NCBI GenBank assembly: GCA_963575745.1 | Contig: CAUYUJ010000002.1 | Span: forward strand, 2,108,001 to 2,172,000 | DNA from: Prorocentrum cordatum | Lineage: Eukaryota | Length of the DNA stretch: 64,000 nucleotides | Reading direction: 5' to 3' | Shown: positions 26,126 through 39,500 of the stretch, piece after piece | How the letters are laid out: every line of letters begins with the position of its first letter | How positions within the stretch are numbered: position 1 is the stretch's first letter | Program-made: the position numbers and the translations under genes | Notes under the pieces: model-generated | Databases searched by the model: none | Seen by the model: the letters and a program-made list of their open reading frames with translations, nothing else | Told to the model about the DNA's origin: nothing

Positions 26126-29100
26126 ATGGAAAGGGCCCGCAGCAGGCCCGCGGTAGCATTGGACAGCGTGCCAGGTTCTGCACATTTCGGTTACCCCTCC
26201 CCCCCGTGCCTCCTTTCGCCCCCATGACCGCCGCTGTCGCTCAAGCCCATTTTGGGCGCTCCCCCCTTCAGGGGCGGGGGGCTCGGGGCGGTCGCCCCTA
26301 GCGGCCATGCAGCTCCAGTGCTCGATCAGGGCGTTCAGCCTGTACGACGACGAGCCAGCGCTGGGCACCGTGCGGCAGGTCATCGCCTCGACCGTCACGC
26401 AGGAGGTCAGCGTCCTGCCCTCGAACAAGGACCGCCACCTTCTATGATTTGCATTGTCAGGCAACTTGGCCCCGCTCCGCCGTAGTGGTTGTTCAGGGTT
26501 GCTTTTGCGTCTGCTGTGTCTTATTCTCCAGCCGCGCCGATGCCCCAGAGATGTCGCGCGGGCAGCACGTCGCATCCTCGGGCGCTCTTTGGGGGGTGAG
26601 GGGGTGGGAGGATGAGAAGGGCAACGAATAGGGTGGGCTGGGGGGGGGGGGCGGGGGGGGAGGGTTCGGGTGGCATTTCGTTGGGCGCAGGGGGGGTACC
26701 GTGACCACGACAGTAAGTAGACCCGCAGGTCGATACACGACGAGCAGGACGACCAGGTCGACGAGGCGGGCGATGCATGACGCAAGTGTGAACGAACGCA
26801 GGGGGTTGGGAGCAGGTGGGCCCATGAGGAGTTGCGGGGATTCGGGTCGAGGGAGGTGCGAGCTCGTCCTGGGAGGCCTTGCCTCTTCCCCCCTTCATGT
26901 GGGCTGCCCTGGTCGAGCGGTCGGCGCCGCGTCGGAACGTGTGCTTGACTGGTTGCGAAACGTGTGTGTGTGTGTGTGTGCCATCTTGGGGCGCTCCTGA
27001 GGGGCATTCCACGGGCGCTGGATGGCATTTTGGGGGTACCTGATGGTCTTCTCGGCAGCCTCGGATGTCCCAGTGAGGTCAGATCGGGGCAAGTGCACCG
27101 AGAATTGGTCTCGGGGGGCCATGGGGGTCGCCTTTGTTGGGCTCAGCGTTGCGCCCTGGGGCGCCCGAGTTGCGTGAGTGCCCCCCCCCCCCTCTTGGGC
27201 GCCTTCGGCATGCTGGTAGGTGGCCGCGGGCTCCAGTCGGAGCGATGTGGTGCAGCATCTAGTGGCCTGGGGGTGTAGTTGGTTATGTCGGTTGCAATGT
27301 ACAGGTTTGTTGGCGTAGGGTCGAGGCCGTCCTGTGCCATGCTGGAGGCTCGCGCCTCGGCATTGCACCCCTGTCCCGACCTTGGTAGGGCGGCGCCGAG
27401 GAGTAGACAACCCCACCCCCGAAGGTGCAACATGATGGGTTGGGCGGTTGAGCTTTTTAGACCTTGTCCACACATGCGGCTGGCGGGGCTGCATGCGCTG
27501 CCAGGTTGTTGTCCCGCCTGCGCATTGTGCCCATCCTAGTGCGACCAGCCCCCGCCAGGAGTGGGTGCTGTGGATGGACCCCGACGACGAGGCCGAGGAG
27601 GCGATGCTCGTCCCGAAGGGCGTGGACCTGGACGACCCAGCTTGCGAGATCGAGACCCACTTCGCGCAGAACTTCTTGTCGTTCCGCCACTACGGCAGCG
27701 GCGACGAGTTCAAGGACGTGCTCCAGGCCAGCGACGGCACTCGCATCCCTCGGAAGGACATCAAGCAGGCGCACACCATGGCCACGTTCACCTTGATCGA
27801 GGAGGCCCCTGGGCGGGAGGCTCTGCAGGCGAATGGTGCAGTATTCGAGCACGATTGGGCTGGCCACGTGTTCATTGATTTCGTTCATTTAGTTGACGGG
27901 ATGCACCTCCCGCTCCCGTACAAAAGAGCATCGGATTGGTTCAACAAAAAAGTTGATCGCTGGAGGGAGTGGGGGGCCAAGGCTGGTCTAACGCGAAGCT
28001 GTTGCAGGAGCAGCCAGCCTTGCGGCGGTCAGGAGCTGCGCGATCATCCCGAGCGGATATTGCTCTTCCCCAGCGTGTCCGTGAAGCTGCTCGTCGTCAT
28101 GTCGCATCGGGCGTGCTTCTCGAGCGCCGAGAGGCACGGCCAGCTTCGCGACCATGCCACGCGCCAGGCTTTCGGCAACTTGTACAACAGCCTCCTGGGC
28201 ATGCTCCCGATGAACTTCACGATCAACGTGCGCGTCGACCGCTTCGTTCAGAAGGCCGCCCCGATGGGTCGCGGCTGGGGCAGAGCGAGGGGGCCGAGGG
28301 GAGGAGGAGGACGCGGCGGCTGGACTTGAGGATCCTGATGCGGCGGTAGGCCGTGGAGGTGGGGGGGAGAGGGGAGGGGGGAAGGAGGCGGGGGGCGTGG
28401 GGGGGGAGGTGCGAATTGAGGCACGCGCGCGGAGGAACGTTTTGGGGGGGCGCGGCGGCGAGGAGGAGGAGGAGGACGTGGTGGAGATTTGGTTTATGAG
28501 ATGACGGGAAGGAGGTGGAGGACGGGGGCGGATGATCTCAGCATCGGCGACGGCGGGGGGAGTGGTGGTTGGGCGGGGTCTGGGCGTTGGGCTGGGGTGG
28601 CTGGGTCGGGTTACGGCGGGGCGTCGAGGTGGGCTCATCGAAGATAATGTGTGTTTCGCCTTCCTGTTGTTTGAAAATGTTTGGGGTTGATGTTGCGCGT
28701 CGTGCGCTGCTCGTCGCACTCGCTGCGCCGCTCTATTGCTGTGTGTTGTTGCGTTGGTTTGTTGGCATTTGTATTTCAAGACTGAAGTGTTGCAACTGCG
28801 TTTAAATAGTTGTTGGTGGTTGATTTTTCGTGCGCATTTGCTGTTCAAGTTATTTTAACTCGTCATGGGTTTGGCCAGCGTCGTGGTCATCCAGCTCCCC
28901 AAATATGCCCCATCGCCTTTAATCGCTAGTCGTTTTCTCGTTCCTTATTGCCGCGCGTGGCGCGCGCCCCCTTTCCGCGCGTAGCGCGTTCCACGCAGTC
29001 TCGCCATTTCCTGTTTCAGGAATGGCTTCAAGGTGGTGTTCCAGTCGGCGTTAGGACCTCATAGGTTTTGGCGTTCAGGTTTACCTTTTTTTCCGCGGTT

Positions 29101-30445
29101 GGGCCGACGCGCGGGAGCTCGCATAAAACTCGCTCGCGTTGTTGTCAACTGGCCCGCGCGGCCTTTTGACGGCGCGGCGTGCACGTCGCATCTTCATGCT
29201 ATCTGGTCGTTCCGTTGTTCATGATTCGCCGCGCTGGCTAAAGCCTTGCCCATGTCATTTACCACGCGCGGCGCACAATCCCCGATGCGCCCGTGCTCGC
29301 ATTGTGCTTCTCAAGCAGGTTGCCGCCCGTGTGCCGGGCCGCCCCCGCGTGCGGAGCCGCGTCTTGTTGTGCCGCGTGCTGTTCCTACGTTGAAGGGAAG
29401 GTGCCGCGCGCGTGCCGTGCCGCGCTGCGCCCGCGCGCCGCGCCGTGCCGCGCCGTGCCGTGTCGCGCTCGCTTCCTGGGCTGCGCAACCTGCGCCGCCC
29501 GCGAGCGGGGGCGCGCCGTGCCCGCGCTGGCCGTGCCGCGCCGCGCCGTTCCGTGCCGCTCGGGCGCCCGCGGCGCTTGCGCGAGCGGCTTGCCGTGCCC
29601 GCGTGCCGCGCAGCATTGCGATTGGCTTCTGTATATCGCCGACCAATGGATCACGCAGTTCGAATCCGATCCGCGAACTTCTTCCGCCGCCCCCTACAGG
29701 TTCACTCACAGCGCGCTTTTGCATTCAGCGTTGCCGTTTCGGGTGCTCTAACGCGCGCCGCCATGCTTCCAATCGGGCGCGCTTGTGCTCGACCGATAAA
29801 CGCGGGCGCGCGTGCGCCCGCGGGCAACGCGAATGAGTCGCCTCGGGTTGGGGCCCGAGCCTTCCGCCACCCTTCCCCCGCCACCTTTCGCCTCCGCCGT
29901 AATTGGCGCCTGCCCATGGCGCGCGCGCGCAGGGCGGTCGGCGCGGCCGACGAGGACATGCCCCCGCGGTTGTCTGCGCTACACAGGGGCCTCGCGACGA
30001 GCGCGCATCTGTGGGCCAACCTATGTTTCGTAGATCGAAGCTTCCATTGCGTTAGTCGGGGCGTCTGCCGCGTGGCATTCGGCGCGGGCCCCCCCGCGAT
30101 ATGGGCGGGGTCAGCGAGCAAGCCATCCGCGCGGCGAAGGGTCATGGTCGAGTTCGAATGCCCCCGCGGCAGGGAAACAGCATTGCGCGCGCCTGCTTGC
30201 ATCGGCGCGGGCCCCATGCGATGCCGCCGCCGTTCGGTGGGCGGGGGGCTTCCAGGCGACGCCTTTTTACGGATTCCGCGACAATGCCGTCTACTACCCT
30301 GTATTGGGCGGCAGACGCGGGCAGAGTAGTCAGCGACGCTGCGGCGCGCTTGGCTGACGCGGCGCAGTGGCCCGACGTCGGCATCCACGCGCCCTCGCCG
30401 AGGAATTCAGTAACGGCAGCGTTTCCTTCCCGATCGCGCGGGCCA

Positions 30446-30512
<67 letters not shown>

Positions 30513-33500
30513 CGCTACCGTTTCTCACCATTGGGTTCAACTTCCACTGCTGCCGACAAAGCATTCGCGAAGCACCGCGGCTGCGGCGGCATGCGCCCAG
30601 CACGCGCGATGCCGTCTCGCGCGGCGCTGCTCCATGGGGGCCCCGCCGCGAGCTGTTCGCGGGGACCTACTGCAGTTTCTGGGGGCGCAGCGGCGCGGTC
30701 GACCTCGTGGGCATCCTTCACCAAGACGTTTCGCCGCGTGGGATTTCGGACTGCTCGTCGGGCGGGCATTTGGCGTCGCCGCGCGCGACGGGGGAACGGG
30801 GGCTTGCGCCTGATCCGAAAGGCCATCCACGAGCGCACGCGCACGCTGGGGTTTAGGCTTGCCCTGGGACGGGCGCGCGCGCCCTGCCGAGGTGCTTCGC
30901 CCAGTCGGGGCCAGGAATTGCATGCAGGTTGCAATTGCCTTTTTCGGTGCCGAGGGCGGTGCTTGCGTGCCGAATCGGCGCCCGCTCGGGGGGCCGCACC
31001 GCGGGACGGGCGAGGTCTGCGCGGCCCCCTCCCCCCCCCCGACAAGCTGCGCGGCAGGTGGCGCCATGTCGCGTCCAGGGCTTGGAGGCGCCCGAAGGTG
31101 GCCCCGCGACCTTCGCGCGGGCGCGAGGTCAGGTTTGCCTTGGGCGGCCGCGGGCGCAGAGCGCCCAGCGGGCGCGCGCGTGGCTGGCGGCGATATTCGG
31201 CGGCAGCGGGGCCAGCGCGCGGCGCCGCATGGCGTTTCTAGGTTGCAGACAATGTAATTCCCCGTGCCCCCCCCCCATCGCACCCTTCCTCTCCCCCCCA
31301 TGCCCTTCCTTCCCCAGCCCCCATTCCCCCCCCCCCCCCCCCCCTCTCCCGATCTCCTCCGCTCCCCCATCCCTCGCCCCCCCCCACCCCCGATGCTCTG
31401 GTTGCCGCGCGGGTGTTTGAGACGGGGGTGGCGAGCCGCAGCCACGCAAGCGCGGGTGGCCATTGTTGGGCTGCTGTCGCAGGCGGGCCAGGGCGCCCCC
31501 TACGACGGCCGCGCTCATGCACGACGTGATGATGGGCCGTCAGAAACCATGTGTCCCGTCGGCGGAACCTGGCCGACGTTCAGGCCGCGGCCCGCTGATG
31601 CTTGCCGCGGCAGTGGCTACGCGGAGACGCATGCCACTTTGCGATAGCGGGAGTTGGGCGGCGTGAGGGGTCTGACCAGGCCGCGCGCTGGCAAGTCGGA
31701 GAAACGCGGTGCGGGCTGCGTTGCGCCGAGCAGAGCGTCAATGTTGGGCGCGGCCGTTCGTATCCCAGTGGGCCGTCACCCACCGCGGGCTCATCAATCG
31801 CTGCGGGGTTCGGCCAGAGCGCGGCATGAGCACCCCCGAGGACATTTGCGCGCCCATGGTGGTTTCGCTGGAAGAGCGGGGGGGGAGGGGGGGGGGGGCG
31901 GTCACCCGCGATGTCATGCGGGTACAAGTCGCGCCGTCGCAGCCGCCAGCTACAAGGCGGGCTGGCGGTCGCGCAGACTGCGGTGTGCGAGCCCACCAAG
32001 GTCTACGTTCGGGACGCCCGAGGGGCTCCGCTGTCTTACTTCAGGCGCATCGGTGATTGGGTGGGGCACCCTCGCCGCGGCACCGCTCATCGCGAAGCAG
32101 AACGCCTCCAGCTTGTTCTGGAGAGCGATTTGGCGGGGCACCTTCGCAGTGCGGCCAGTGCATGGAACGCCGCTGCTACCCCGCCAGGCACGTCTGCCGC
32201 GCGGGGTCCAGGGCGGCGGCGCTGGCAATCGGGGATATGCGCATTGTCGGTGGTTTCCAGAGCGGCCATGGTGCCGCGCGCGCTGTCTCTGCTTAGATTT
32301 CGCGGCGCGCGTCGGGCTCGGCGACGCGCGCCCGAAGACTCTGGCGCAGGCCGAGCCGACAGAGGGCGTTCGAGCGCGTCTGCGCGCGGGGCCTTCGGTG
32401 CGAGGTCGGGCTCTGCGCTCGTCGGTGTCCAGGTTAGGTATCTCGCTGTTGCGGCCACTCCTCATCTCCTTTCCAAGTTCCCCCTCCCCCCATCCCCCCA
32501 TCCCCCCCCCCCCCCTCCGCTGGTCGCAGAACCGCGCCTGCTTGCGCGAAGGGCGGCTGTGCCTTGGGGCGCGATTTTGGCCCGCGGGTCACGGCAAGTT
32601 TTAGCATCACTTTGGGTGCGCGGCCAGTTCGCCAGCGCGCGCCCGTTCGCGCGTGGGGCCTCCGCAATATTCTTGGGCGGCGCGCGGGGGGCGTGGCGCT
32701 GGGGTGCACCTGGAACGTGCGAGGGGCCACCTCGGGTACCTTCGGGCGGCCGCGTGTGTTTCCCTCGGGGCGCCCGTGCAGCTCGCGTAGGTTTGGTTGG
32801 GTTTGCATTAATTCGCGGCTCGTTTGGGGCGCGGGGGGGGGGGGGGGGTCTCTTGGGCCGCGCGCCGACTTCTCCGCGCGGGGCCCCGCTGCCTCTCCTC
32901 GGGGGGCTGGGGCACTGGCGCGGGGCCGCGGCGGTTCTCGACGGGCTGTTCAGCGGTGCATTTCTGCGCCTTTCACAGCGAACGGCGGCTCAAACGACAA
33001 CGTTATCAACGAGACGGGCGCGTTCATATTTGTTTCGCGTCATGGGTGCCCTCCTGTGTTCTCCGCGGCGCGCCATGGGGCCACGGGGGTTGCTCGGGCC
33101 CGCGGGCGCGCCGCCGCCCCAATTTGTCGGGGGAGGGGGCCGTGGGGCGTCGGGGGGGGGGGGGGGGGTCGTGTTCCCCCCCCCCGCTGCGCTTTCGCGG
33201 TCTCAGCCATGCGTTTCAAAGGTGTCGCGCAGGTGGTTGGTCTCAATCGCGGTGGCATTCGTTGGGTTATTCAGTCAACTTTCAAGTGGTCGTCGGGCCC
33301 CAGCGTCCTTTGATTATCGCGCGCACCTGCGCGGGCATTGGTGTACGTTTCGGGTTCTATCGCGCATTTGCGGGGGGGGAGCAGGTGTCTTTCGGCTGCA
33401 TGCGCGCGCGTCGCGCAAAAATCGCCGCGACGCGAAGTCGGGAGGAGGGGTGGGCATGGCATCGCAGCGCCGCGTTCGGCGTGATCGCTGTGGGGCCACT

Positions 33501-36500
33501 GGCGACCAGCTCGCATCGGCACCACTGGACGCCGAGCGCACCCCCCCTCCCATCGCGGCATCCGCGGGGCACGCGCCTTGGGCGCCATCGGTTTATTTGG
33601 GGTGGGCCGCGGTGGGGCCTGACATGTGGTCGGGGCCGTTGGGGCCACGTAGGGGGCACCCCTGGCATCGCCCAGGGCTTTCGAGCCGCCTGGCAATGTC
33701 CCGACGCAGAGTGTCGTGCTCCAGGGGGGTCGACACCCCCTCGGGGCTCCGCTGCGGCGTTTGCGCGGCCCCGCAGGCGAGACCCCGCCCCCCCCAGGGG
33801 GCCGCGTCGGGCGAGCCGCGTGGCATTGCACTTGGGAGGGGCTTTTCCCCTATGCACCCCCGCCCCCCCCCCCCCCCCCCCCCCCACGCGCACACACGCG
33901 CGCGCACACGCGCACACGCGCGCGCGGCGCATCGCTGCAGGGCAGCTGTCGGGGGGGGGGGGGGGCGCGGGTGCCAGGGTTGCTTTCGCGATACCATCGG
34001 GCCCAGCATGCACTTTTATGTTTTCCATTATGGTCGGTCACAGAGTTGCCAGATCTCTTCAAAAGCCGATCTGAGGGTTTTAACATTGCGTTCATTGCTT
34101 GTGTTTCCTGTAATGTAGAAATCATAAGTGGTTTCACCATTTATGTTTTGACATTACAAATGTTATATTTAGATATAGTCGTGCTTCCAGTAGCTATGGT
34201 ATAGTTATCAGCAATCGCATAATTATTGTTTGCACGCGTGCATTATTTTTCTGGCAGTTGGACAATGTCTGAATACAAACAATTTGCAAATTGGCCAGTC
34301 TTGCCGTTCTACGCATTGTATGCGTCTGTTCCGTTATAATTAGTTTTGCCATGCGCTTGGTATCGGCTCGGTTGTTTCGTCCGTCGGCACGCGTGCGCGT
34401 TGTTCTCCGCGTTCGGGGGATCGAGAGGGGTGGGGGGGTGGGGGCGGGGGGAAGGGCTGTGGCGGGCGGCGCATGGGCGGGGGGGTGGTCGGGCACGGAT
34501 GGGGGGGGGAACGGAAGGGGGAGCATGCGGGGGGCGGGGGAGGGGTGGGGGAGGAGGTGGAGGACGTGAGGGCCAGGAGGGATATTTGGAAGGGAGGAGC
34601 ACGGGGGGGGATGGTGGGGGGGGGCATGGGGGGGGGCCCAGCGCGCAGGCCAACCACATCTGGACTGGCAAGTGCCCTGCCTCGATCGTCGTGACGAACG
34701 GCGTGGTGAGCCTCGAGGACATCAGGGAGCTGCATAACAATGACATGATCCCGACCGACTTCACGCCGAGATATCGGGAGCAGATGGTCGCCCTCCTTGG
34801 GCTGGACTCCAGCAGGTTCTGCGAGTTCATGACGGACCTCTTCAACTTGTCCTACAAGGAGCACAACGAGCTGAACACTGCCATTGCCAAGCAGGCGCGC
34901 TTTTTTTTTCTTGTTGTTTCTTTTGCTTTGCGGCCGCGGCGTCGGCGACGACGGCTGCGGAAACGACAATGTGTCCAATGGCGACGGCGACGCCTCTGAC
35001 GACGGCGGGGAGGGCGAGCGCGAGGGGGAGAGCGCCGATCGATGATGACAACGACGACGGCGGCGGCAGGTCGGCGACGAAGATGACGACGACGATGGCG
35101 AACGCGACCGCTGCCCACGACGGCAGCGACGGCCAAGACATTGACGATATCAGACGACGGCGACGACCGACAAAACACACCGATGACGCATGCGACGACG
35201 ACGACGACCGACGAAGACGGACAGGCGACGGACCGCAAACGACGATTGGCGACCGAGTGACTACGACCGATGGCGACCGATGGCGACGGCGACATTCGAC
35301 GACCGACTAGCGACGATCGGTCAAAGAGGGTTGGTGGATGACGGTTGGCGAATGACGACCGCGGCGGCGATTGACGGCCGCGTCGGCGTCGACGTCTTGG
35401 TGGTCGCCGTCGTCGTCGTCACCCCCGTCATCGTAGTGGTCCCCGTCGCCGTGTTCGTCGTTGTCAGCGTGGATGGCGTCGTGTTTTTTGGTCCTGGCCA
35501 TTTCGTCGGCTTCGTAGTAATCGCTCGTCGTTAGTTGACTGACTGCCGTTCGTAGCCGTTTGCTGCCAGTCGGTAGCCGTCGTAGTCGTCGCAGTCGTCG
35601 TCGTCGTCGGCGGCGGCGGCGGCAGCGGCGGCCGTCGTATGTCGATCAGTTCTGATTGGCGGTCGCCATTCGTTCGCCTCTGGCCCGCCGTTCCGCACGT
35701 CCTGCTCTTTGCCTCCATGTCCCCCGCCCATGTCGCATCCAGCCTCGCATCGCTAAGTGTTAACAGCAGACGTTCTGTCGTTTCTCGGGTTGTCTCGCCG
35801 TGCGGCGCGGGGCCCCATGCATCTCTCAGCAGGTGCTCCACTGCGTCGGCGGCATCATTGAGGACAAGCTCAGCGGGAGCAAGCCTCGTCGGGGCCCAGA
35901 CGGCCTCCCGCTCGAGCGCCACGCAGCCGACGCGGGTGCCAGCTACAGCCAGTATTACCCCGCCTACCACCCCAAGTGTTGGCGCAAGACCGAGAGGGAG
36001 TTGTGCAGATACATCTCCGCGACGAAGTCGAAGTTTAAGGAGCATGTTTTGTGTGAGTTTTGCCTTGTGCCATTGCTTTCGCCGCCGCTTTGCCTCGCTC
36101 GCTTGACCCCCCTCCCCTCCCCATGCCAGTTGGCCGTCTCTCTTGCAGCACCCTCGCCTCTGGCCTACGCCCCCCTGCCCCTTCCCCCGTTGTTGGGCCG
36201 CCTCGTCGTCGGCCCCTCGGTGCTGGGCGGCGTGCTTGCACCGCCACTCTCCCCCAAGTCGGTTGCATGATGTGCGCGGTGGTCGTTGCTGCGGGTTCTG
36301 GTGTTCAGATTGGGCCGACCCCGTCCTTCCCCTCCCCAGCTTATGCGCGCGCCCCCTCCAGGGCAAGCGGGTGCTGAGCATGGCGGGCCCCGACGGCACG
36401 AAGATCGGCACGGACAACGCGGTCTCGTGCGCGGCCATCATGGATTGCGAGACGGGGCTCACTGCAGTTTGCCTTCCCCAGGCCCGTGCTTTGACGCCGC

Positions 36501-39500
36501 GTTGCGATGGCGACGTTGACCTTGCCGACGACGGCGACGGCGTCGTCGAGGGCCGCGTCCGAAATTCAATCGTTGCCACGACGGCGACGACGGCGGCGAC
36601 GACGACGCCGACGACGACGACGACGACAGCGACGACGACGACGACTGCGAATCCGTGGGCGACGAGAGTGACGACGCCGACGGCGACGACGAGGGCCTTG
36701 GGTTCGTCGTCGTCGGGTCTCGCCCGTCCGTCTGCCGTCGGTGGCCGATCGTCGTTTGTGGTCGTCGTCCGTCGCCGTTGTCGTCGTCGTCGTCGACGTC
36801 GCCCGTCGTCCTCGTCGATCCTCAGTCGTTGATTGTTGTCCGTGGGTGTCCTTCGTGGGTGGGTCGTCTACTGTCGTCGTGGGCAGTCGTCGCGCTCGTC
36901 GTCGTTATCGGCGCTTTGGCGTCGTCGTCGTCGTCTGCATCGTCGTTGCCGTCCGTCCGTCGCCCTGATCGTCGTGGTCGTCGTCGGCGTCGGCGTCGGC
37001 GTCGTCGTCGTCGTCGAGGTGGTCGTCGTCGTCGTCGCGGTCGTCGCCGTCGTCGACGTCGGTGTCGTCGTCGACGCCGTCGCCGTCGTTGCCCTCGTCG
37101 TCGCCCTCGTTGTAACGGCTCGGGGCCGCCGTGTCTACGACCTTGATTTCGACGGGTCGAGGATCTGAGGTTTGGGGGGTCATGACTAGGATTTGAGGGG
37201 GTCGCGGGGTCCGAGGCCCTTCAGCTCAGGCCCGCGCGCAGGCAGTGGAGGGTAGCGAACTCCACGCAATGGAAGATGGCGGGCTCTAGGCTCTTGGGTT
37301 CCAGGGGCCCCGTGGGATCTACCATCGCGCGCTTCTGGAATCTACGAGCTGGGGCGTGGCCGAGGTCCACTGGGGCTGGGGCCTTGGGTTCGGGGCGTCG
37401 GGGCTTGGGGGGTCTCAGCTTCAGGATTTCAGGGCCCTCCTGGCTCCTGGGGCCCAGGATCTAGTAGGGGGCTACGCTGGGGCCGCTATGTGAGGAGTCA
37501 CGCTGAGGCCGCCCAGGGATGCAGGGCCTGGCGCATTCGGGCGCCGAGGGCCCCCCCCCCCCGAGCCCATCCCCCCCGTTCGCCGCCGCTGCCGGGACTT
37601 GGGGGGGGGGTCCAAAATCGCACCCCTCACAGGGTTCGGGGGTGCACCTCGAGGGCGTTCGCGGCGACTGCCGGGACTTGGGGGGGGGTGTGTTGGGGAA
37701 CACGATCTGCGTGAGGGGTCGCAAACCCGACCCCCCTCCCCAAACACCCCCCCCATCTCGGAGAGGTTTTGGGTTAGCGCCTCGAGTGGTCTCCAGCGCT
37801 GCGGATTGCCGCGCCCCGCGGGCACCCCCCCCCTCTCCCGCAGGTGCCAGCGCAGCACATGGAGGAGGACTGCTTCTTGGACGAGGACGCCCTGAAGGTT
37901 CACCAGGAGGCCCACCGCGAGTACATCAAGACTGCCGAGGGGCTCGGGGAGGGCGCGGGGGCTTCCGAGGGCGAGGGCTTCGGCGGCCCTCCGACATTGT
38001 CAGAGCGTTCCCAGGGGGCCTCCGAGGGGCTGCCGAGGGGCCCCGCCGCGCGGCTTCCGACGGGGCCTCCGAGGGACCTCGACGGGTCTGCTCTGACATC
38101 CCAGTGCCTTCCGAAGTGGCCTCTGATGGGGCTTCCGAGCTGGGGTGATCTTGGAGGCCCCGAGAGCGCCTCCACGTGGGCCCCGAGCGCCGCGCGCCTC
38201 GACTCCGAGGACCGACCGTGGGAAGGGGCCTCCAGAGGGCTTCCGATGGGTTTCCGATGGGGCCCCCGAGGGGCCTCCGAGGGGCGTCCGAATGTTTTCC
38301 TAGGGGCCTCCGAGCCTCCAAGATGCTTTCGAGGCCTCTCCGAGCTTCCAAGCTTTAAAGAGTTTCCGAGGGGTTTCCGATGGGCCTCCTCCCTGCCCTC
38401 CCCTTCCAGCCCACTTCTTCGCGACTCGCCTCGCCCTCTCCCTGCGTCTCCTCTTTTGACGCCTCCGCTTTCTATATATCCCCTCCCTGCGTCCTCTTAG
38501 ATCTCTGCCCCGCTTCCAGCTCGAATTTGCCCCCGCTCGTCTTCGCCAGAGCTCCGTCTCACGCTCGATCTCGTCACGCTTGCGAGTCGCTTGCCTTCGT
38601 GCCCAGACGCGTCACCCTCAGGCACTTAGGGCCCCGATCCGTTGAGGTTCGTACTCGACCTTCTGGTGCCCACCTCGCATCATTCTCTGCCCTCCTAACC
38701 CTTGCAGGCCGCCCCCATACATGCTCGCCGCTCCTCCTCGGCGACGCCCACCGCTTTCCCTTTCGGGTCCACCCGTGTACCCTTGCTCGCCTCCGTCGCC
38801 CCGTGGTCAGCCCCGCCGCTTTTTGGCCCCCCCCCCCGCGCAGCGGGGCCCGCCCATCCCTTCGCCCAAGCCCGTTCGCGGTGGCTCGGCCCCGACCAGC
38901 ATTTTCCCGCACCCCCTCCGCCCGCGCCCCGAGGACGGTCGTCAGCCGCAGGCTCGGCGCCAAGGTGGCCGCATCCGAGGGCCCCCCGCCCAGGAAGAGG
39001 CAGCGCACCAAGACTTACCAGGCCATCATGCACATCGACAATATGTTGCGCGGGTCGGCAGATGCCAAGCTGGCGGACTTTCGGGTGCAGCGCCGCGAGG
39101 ACGGCTCCTTCGTGGAGTCGCCCTTCGACTGGCCGAGGCTCAACATCGCCACGGACATGGGGCCCGACATGGTTGCGAGCGAGTTCTTCATATCATTCCA
39201 GCCCAACTTGGACTTGAACATCAGTTGGGACTTCGACGTGGCGCATTCCCTGAACAACGCCTGCAAGGGTATATTGAGGCCCCACGCTTGTCTTTACAGC
39301 GCGCCGAGCAGCCGTGTGAAGATGAGGAGTATGAGGAAGATGCTGAGTGCTCGGGAAGCGGCTGGATGATATACTGAGAAGAAGGGGCACGAGAGGGGGG
39401 AGGCAGGCGACACGTTGGGGGGGAGGGAGTGCACCCCATCAGCTAGCGTTGCATCCCCCCCCCGCGCCGACCCCAGGCGCTCCAACCTGTGGAAGTTCCA

